A stretch of DNA of 64,000 nucleotides from positions 2,752,001-2,816,000 of the forward strand of contig OZ245817.1 in NCBI GenBank assembly GCA_965228475.1. Reading direction: 5' to 3'. Below the pieces are notes generated by a model, which was given only the letters and a program-made list of their open reading frames with translations, searched no databases and was not told where the DNA came from. Source of the stretch: Myxococcota bacterium (GTDB lineage: Bacteria; Myxococcota_A; UBA9160; JAFDDA01). The position numbers and the translations under genes were made by a program. Positions 59,241-64,000 of the stretch are shown in pieces. Each line of letters opens with the position of its first letter. Positions within the stretch are counted from its first letter, which is position 1.

Positions 59241-60292
59241 CCGCGTTCCTTCCGCGCGCGGCGCAGCGCCGCGATCGCCCCCAGGGCCACGATCACCTCC
59301 GGCCCGCCGAGCCCGCACGCCTCGGTGTCGTCGAACACGCCCGAGCACTCGGGGTCCGCCAGGTCGACGGCGCCGTCGCCATCGTTGTCGAGGCCATCGC
59401 TGCAGCGCGGGTTCTCCGTCGCCGCCGCGGCGCTCGCGCAACCGTCGTCGGCGGGGAAGTCGACGAGGCCGTCCCCGTCGTTGTCGAGCGCGTCATCGCA
59501 CACGGGGTCCTCGATGCCGTTGGTGGTGGCACAGCCGGGGTCGCCGCCGAAGTCGACCCCGCCGTCGCCATCGTTGTCCAGTCCGTCGCTGCAGGCCGGC
59601 GGCGCCTGGAGCTTCGCCGCCAGGGCGAGGCCGAGCTTCGCGTGCCCCCCGGCGTTCGGGTGGACGTCGCACCCCTCCGCATCGGCGACCGGATCGAGCA
59701 GGTCGTAGACGTCGGGGCCGCAGATCAGCCCCGGCGTGGTGAGGCACGCCGTGAGCACCTCGGCGCGGTAGCCGGCCAGACGATCCCGGACCGCCTGGGG
59801 AGCCGACTCGCAACGAGCGGGTGGGGTCATCAGGACGACCTTCCCCGCGCCCGCCGCCTGCAGGGCGGTCACGATCGCCTGGAGGTGCGCCGCGTAGGTC
59901 GGCACGGGAATGGGCGTGCCCACCGGAGTCGGCTCGTAGAAGCCGGTGGCATCGTTGGTTCCCAGCATGATCGTCACGTAGTCCGCCGGCAGATGCGGGA
60001 GGACCTCGGCGCCGAGCGCTGCGCAGAACGGAAAGGCAGGGGTTCCCGGATCCCAGTCGTTGCTGGTCGAGCCGCCGCAACCCTCGTTGATCACCTGCCA
60101 ACCCGCGCCCAGCGCCGTGGCGAGAACGTCCGCGTAGGGCGTCCCTCCCCCGCTGACCGCGCCCGCGGTGATCGAGTCCCCGACCAGCACGACCCGCGTC
60201 TGGGCGGCGGCGGGTTCGGAACCGCCGAACACGAGTGCGGGGGCGAGTGCGAGTACGAGGGCCAGCGGAAAGGTCGGCGGACGGTGTGCCAT
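59237..60292 (-). CDS. Secreted SGNH/GDSL hydrolase with three Cys/Asp Ca-binding repeats and C-terminal TM tail
   Basis: Motifs VGDSITAG, LGTND and DVHPN; repeats CSDGLDNDGDG..D..DPGC; ends CGLGGPEVIVALGAIAALRRARKERG. Confidence 0.88.
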   Translation of the reverse strand: MAHRPPTFPLALVLALAPALVFGGSEPAAAQTRVVLVGDSITAGAVSGGGTPYADVLATALGAGWQVINEGCGGSTSNDWDPGTPAFPFCAALGAEVLPHLPADYVTIMLGTNDATGFYEPTPVGTPIPVPTYAAHLQAIVTALQAAGAGKVVLMTPPARCESAPQAVRDRLAGYRAEVLTACLTTPGLICGPDVYDLLDPVADAEGCDVHPNAGGHAKLGLALAAKLQAPPACSDGLDNDGDGGVDFGGDPGCATTNGIEDPVCDDALDNDGDGLVDFPADDGCASAAAATENPRCSDGLDNDGDGAVDLADPECSGVFDDTEACGLGGPEVIVALGAIAALRRARKERG

Positions 60293-60428
60293 GGCTTCCT
60301 CCTGAGGGGCTCATCATCGACTGCCGCGGCCCAGCTGACAAGCGGCATCCCCTGCCCCCGCCGCGACGTGGCACCCGCGGAGCCCAGCCCCTAGCCTCGG
60401 CGGTCGACCGAAGACCCGGAGAACGGCC

Positions 60429-61637
60429 ATGACGAACATCCTCGGCGGCTACCAGTCGGACTTCGCCGTGAGCCTGGCCCGCGAGGGCCGCGACCTCTCG
60501 GACCTCGTGCGCGAGGTCGTCACGGAGACGCTGGCCTCCGCGCGGATCGATCCGGAGCAGGTAGAGAGCGTCCACGTTGGGAACGCGTTCGGACAGCTCT
60601 ACACCGGCCAGGGACATCTCGGGGCCATGCCGGCGACGGTCGTCCCGGAGCTCTGGGGCACGCCCGCCATGCGCCACGAAGCGGCCTGCGCCTCGGGCTC
60701 GATCGCGACGCTCGCGGCGATGGCCGAGATCGAGGCCGGCCGCTACGACGTCGTGCTCGTCCTCGGTGCCGAGCAGGAGAAGACGATGCCAGGGCTCGAG
60801 GCCGCGCAGGTCCAGGCGGCGGCGGCCTGGGTCGGCCACGAGACCGACGGGCCCGACGCGATCTGGCCCGCCATGTTCGACCGGGTCGCCGAGGAGTACG
60901 ACCGCCGCTACGGCCTCGACGAGAAGCACCTGCGCGCGATCGGCGAACTGAACCTCTCGAACGCGCGCGCCAACCCGAAGGCCCAAACCCGCGCGTGGAA
61001 GCTCTCGGCCGAGAGCTTCGCCGCGGACAACGCGGCGAACCCGGTCGTCGCCGGGCGGCTCCGCCGCAACGACTGTTGCCAGATCACCGACGGCGGCGCG
61101 GGGGTCGTGCTCGTCTCGGACCGCTGGCTCGCGGAGCACGGCCGCGAGGCGGAGGGCGCGCGCATCGCCGGCTGGGGCCATCAGACGGTCGGTCTGCCCC
61201 TCGCGCCGAAGCTCGCGCGCAGCCGCGCGGAGGAGTTCGTGATGCCCCACGTCCGGCGCACGATCACCGATGCCTGGCAGCGCGCGGGCGTCGAAGGCGC
61301 GGGGGCCATCGACGCCATCGAGACGCACGATTGCATGACGCCCTCGGAGTACATGGCGATCGACCACTTCGGCCTGACGCCGCCCGGCGAGAGCTGGCGC
61401 GCCATCGAGAGCGGAGACCTCGCCCGCGAAGGGCGGAGCCCCGTGAACGCGAGCGGCGGGCTCATGGGCGGCGGCCACCCGGTGGGGGCGACGGGCGTCC
61501 GCATGCTCGTCGACGCGGCGAACCAGGTGCGCGGAGCCGCCGGGGAGACCCAGGTGGAGGGGGCCCGGCGGGCCCAGACCCTGAACATCGGCGGGAGCAC
61601 GGCGACGACCGTGAGCTTCGTCGTCGAGGGGCGATAG
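60429..61637 (+). CDS. Thiolase (acetyl-CoA acetyltransferase, SCP-x/Ltp-like)
   Basis: Motifs EAACASGS, ITDGGAG, IETHDC, NASGGL..GHPVGATG and NIGG. Confidence 0.92.
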   Translation: MTNILGGYQSDFAVSLAREGRDLSDLVREVVTETLASARIDPEQVESVHVGNAFGQLYTGQGHLGAMPATVVPELWGTPAMRHEAACASGSIATLAAMAEIEAGRYDVVLVLGAEQEKTMPGLEAAQVQAAAAWVGHETDGPDAIWPAMFDRVAEEYDRRYGLDEKHLRAIGELNLSNARANPKAQTRAWKLSAESFAADNAANPVVAGRLRRNDCCQITDGGAGVVLVSDRWLAEHGREAEGARIAGWGHQTVGLPLAPKLARSRAEEFVMPHVRRTITDAWQRAGVEGAGAIDAIETHDCMTPSEYMAIDHFGLTPPGESWRAIESGDLAREGRSPVNASGGLMGGGHPVGATGVRMLVDAANQVRGAAGETQVEGARRAQTLNIGGSTATTVSFVVEGR

Positions 61638-61753
61638 CCGCAGGGCGCACCCGGAATTCCCGCCCGCCGCGGCCGGGACTCCTTGTCACAGCGCGAATTC
61701 CATAGGTACATCGCGCCTCAGCGAGCGGCGCCGGTCCGGGCTCGGGCGGGCGC

Positions 61754-62140
61754 TCAGTTCTCGCGATCGGCGAGCACCGCGAGAATGGCGGGCATGAGAT
61801 CGGCGCGGCTGATCACCCCCACCAGCTTCCCGCGCTCCGAGATCAGGATCCGCCGGAAGTCGTGGGACATGAGGCAATCGAAGACCTCCACCAGCTCCGC
61901 CCCGACGTCGATCGTGATCGGATCCCGCGTCATGATCGAAGCGACGCTCGGCGCCTCGGGCTCGGAGAACAGCTTCAGGACGTCCTTTTCACTCAAGACA
62001 CCGAGTATGGTGGCTTTCTCGTCCGTCACGGGCAGCCCACTGAGCTCGTGCTCGATCAGCAGCTGCAGCGCGTGCTTGACCGGTTGATCCGGGCGGACCG
62101 TGATGGGATCGGGCGTCATCAGTTCGCGGATCGTTGCCAT
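61754..62140 (-). CDS. CBS domain pair protein
   Basis: MTPDPITV..SGLPVTD..LGVLSEKD and MTRDPITI..GKLVGVISRAD; GGGAGG RBS. Confidence 0.92.
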   Translation of the reverse strand: MATIRELMTPDPITVRPDQPVKHALQLLIEHELSGLPVTDEKATILGVLSEKDVLKLFSEPEAPSVASIMTRDPITIDVGAELVEVFDCLMSHDFRRILISERGKLVGVISRADLMPAILAVLADREN

Positions 62141-62243
62141 GCGACCCTCCCGCGGAGACCTCCGCTCGGAGATCACGTTCGCACCACGGCCCCTCGCGCG
62201 CCAGTTCGTGCGCGCGAAGCCTCCGCCGTGATTGTGCAAAGCC

Positions 62244-62259
62244 CGGCACAGAAAATGCA
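62244..62259 (+). promoter_or_regulatory. Putative sigma54 (-24/-12) promoter upstream of nosZ
   Basis: CGGCACAGAAAATGCA gives GG-N10-GC with a GGCAC core, 49 nt before the nosZ ATG. Confidence 0.6.
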
Positions 62260-62308
62260 CACCGAAGAGTGTGGGTGGGCCATGCTGGCCCACGACGGGG
62301 AGGCGATC

Positions 62309-64000
62309 ATGGCCAAGAAGGACGAGCGACCGACGATCGAACGACAGGATCAGTCCGGGACCAACCGACGCGACTTCATGAAGGGCGGGCTGGTGGTCGG
62401 CGGGAGCCTGGTCGGCGGCAGCGTGCTCGGCTGCTTCTCCCAGGACGACGCCAACCCGAGCCCCGAGCGGGCCAAGGTCCTCGAGCACGTGGAGGCCAAC
62501 AAGGCCCACGTGGCGCCCGGCAAGCTCGACGACTACTACGGCTTCTGGAGCGGCGGGCAGTCTGGCGAGGTGCGCATCCTCGGCGTGCCCTCCATGCGCG
62601 AGCTGAAGCGCATCCCGGTCTTCAACCGAGATTCGGGCACCGGCTGGGGCGGAGACGACTTCTCGAAGCAGCTCCTGGGCAACCGGATGTCCGGGGACAC
62701 CCACCACGTCCACCTCTCGTACACGGACGGCACCTACGACGGGCGCTACGTCTACGTCAACGACAAGGCGAGCGCGCGGCTGGCCCGCATCCGCTGCGAC
62801 ACGATGGAGGTCGACAAGATCACCGACATCCCGAACTCCCAGGGCACGCACGGGATCTTCCCGCAGCGGCACAAGACCGGGCTCGTCCTGTGCAACGCCG
62901 AGTTCCGGACGCCCCAGGTGAACGACGGCCGCGACATGGACGACCCGTCGAAGTACGGCGCCATGCACACGGCCATCGATGGGGAGACGATGGAGGTGAA
63001 GTGGCAGGTCCTCGTCGAGGGCAACATGGACCTCTGCGCCACGGACTACCAGGGCAACTACTCCTTCGCGACCTGTTACAACTCGGAAGGAGGCGTCGAC
63101 ATCGAAGGCATGATGGCCGCCGAGCGCGACCACCTCTACGTCTTCAACATCCCGGCGATCGAAGAAGCGGTCGCCCAGGGCAAGACGATGACGGTGGGCG
63201 ACAGCCCGGTCCCGGTGGTCGACGCGCGCGGCGAGAACGGGCCCTACGTCCTGCGCGTGCCGATCCCGAAGAGCCCCCACGGCGTGAACATCGACCCGAC
63301 GGGGAAGTACGCCGTCTGCTGCGGGAAGCTCTCGCCGACGGTGTCGGTCGTCCAGATCGACAAGCTCGCGGCGGCCTTCGCGGGTGAGATCACGCCGCGG
63401 GACACCGTCGTGGCGGAGCCCGAAGTGGGCCTCGGGCCGCTGCACACCTGCTTCGACAACCGCGGCAACGCCTACACTTCGATCTTCATCGACTCGGTGG
63501 TCACGAAGTGGGACATCGCCAAGGCCATCGAGGCCTACAACGACGAGTCGGTGAACCCGATCCTCCAGAAGCTCGACGTCCACTACCAGATCGGCCACAC
63601 CAACGCCTCCATGAGCGAGACGAAGGACGCCGACGGGAACTGGCTCGTCGCCCTGTGCAAGTTCTCGAAGGACCGGTTCCTGAACGTCGGGCCGCTGCAC
63701 GCCGAGAACGATCAGCTCGTCGACATTTCGGGCCCCGAAATGAAGCTCGTCCACGACGGGCCGACCTTCCCGGAGCCCCACGACTGCGTGCTGGTAGCGC
63801 GAGACCTGATCCATCCCTCGAAGATCATGATCCGGGACGGCGACCGCTTCGACTACTACGAGAAGCTCGCGGCAGAGGACGGCGTCAACCTGCTCGAGGC
63901 GAGCCAGGTCATCCGGAAGGGGAACCAGGTTCGCGTGTACATGGTGAGCGTGGCGCCCGCCTTCTCCCTGACCGAGTTCCGCGTGAAGAGCGGCGACGAA
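62309..64000 (+). CDS. nosZ: Nitrous-oxide reductase, Tat-exported (3' end outside window; absent from the ORF track)
   Basis: Twin-Arg TNRRDFMK; VAPGKLDDYYGFWSGGQSGEVRILGVPSMREL; all seven CuZ His motifs (DTHH, GTHG, SPHG, PLHT, QIGH, EPHD); the frame is open to the window end at VKSGDE (start of the CuA domain). Confidence 0.96.
   Translation, partial: MAKKDERPTIERQDQSGTNRRDFMKGGLVVGGSLVGGSVLGCFSQDDANPSPERAKVLEHVEANKAHVAPGKLDDYYGFWSGGQSGEVRILGVPSMRELKRIPVFNRDSGTGWGGDDFSKQLLGNRMSGDTHHVHLSYTDGTYDGRYVYVNDKASARLARIRCDTMEVDKITDIPNSQGTHGIFPQRHKTGLVLCNAEFRTPQVNDGRDMDDPSKYGAMHTAIDGETMEVKWQVLVEGNMDLCATDYQGNYSFATCYNSEGGVDIEGMMAAERDHLYVFNIPAIEEAVAQGKTMTVGDSPVPVVDARGENGPYVLRVPIPKSPHGVNIDPTGKYAVCCGKLSPTVSVVQIDKLAAAFAGEITPRDTVVAEPEVGLGPLHTCFDNRGNAYTSIFIDSVVTKWDIAKAIEAYNDESVNPILQKLDVHYQIGHTNASMSETKDADGNWLVALCKFSKDRFLNVGPLHAENDQLVDISGPEMKLVHDGPTFPEPHDCVLVARDLIHPSKIMIRDGDRFDYYEKLAAEDGVNLLEASQVIRKGNQVRVYMVSVAPAFSLTEFRVKSGDE

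Overview
Very GC-rich bacterial chromosomal DNA (about 70% by eye, not computed), densely coding, with about 57 real genes. Most long ORFs in the track are antisense or off-frame shadows. I found no rRNA, tRNA, CRISPR array, IS or prophage. PEP-CTERM and Cys-rich Ca-binding surface proteins suggest a Myxococcota-like or related Gram-negative organism (inference). Housekeeping and catabolic genes include acyl-CoA dehydrogenases, a GH2 beta-galactosidase, SDRs, a Rieske oxygenase, purE/purK, nei and a thiolase. Main points of interest: (1) two selenoproteins that the ORF track splits, an AhpC-type peroxiredoxin with Sec at the peroxidatic site and no resolving Cys, and a UxxC AhpC/TSA-like protein, each with a SECIS-like hairpin just after the UGA; (2) a compact operon of a stand-alone NRPS A-T didomain, a SyrB2-type HxA halogenase and an RraA/HMG-aldolase-like gene, with no thioesterase or condensation partner; (3) a convergent transglutaminase/DUF2126, GATase-transglutaminase fusion, alpha-E and circularly permuted ATP-grasp locus whose GATase catalytic residues are altered; (4) a shared 'CGLG-x-E/TM/basic' C-terminal sorting-like tail on two unrelated surface enzymes; (5) a Tat-type nosZ with a possible lipobox and a sigma54-like promoter, cut by the window end; (6) a two-gene surface fibre/anchor-like module.
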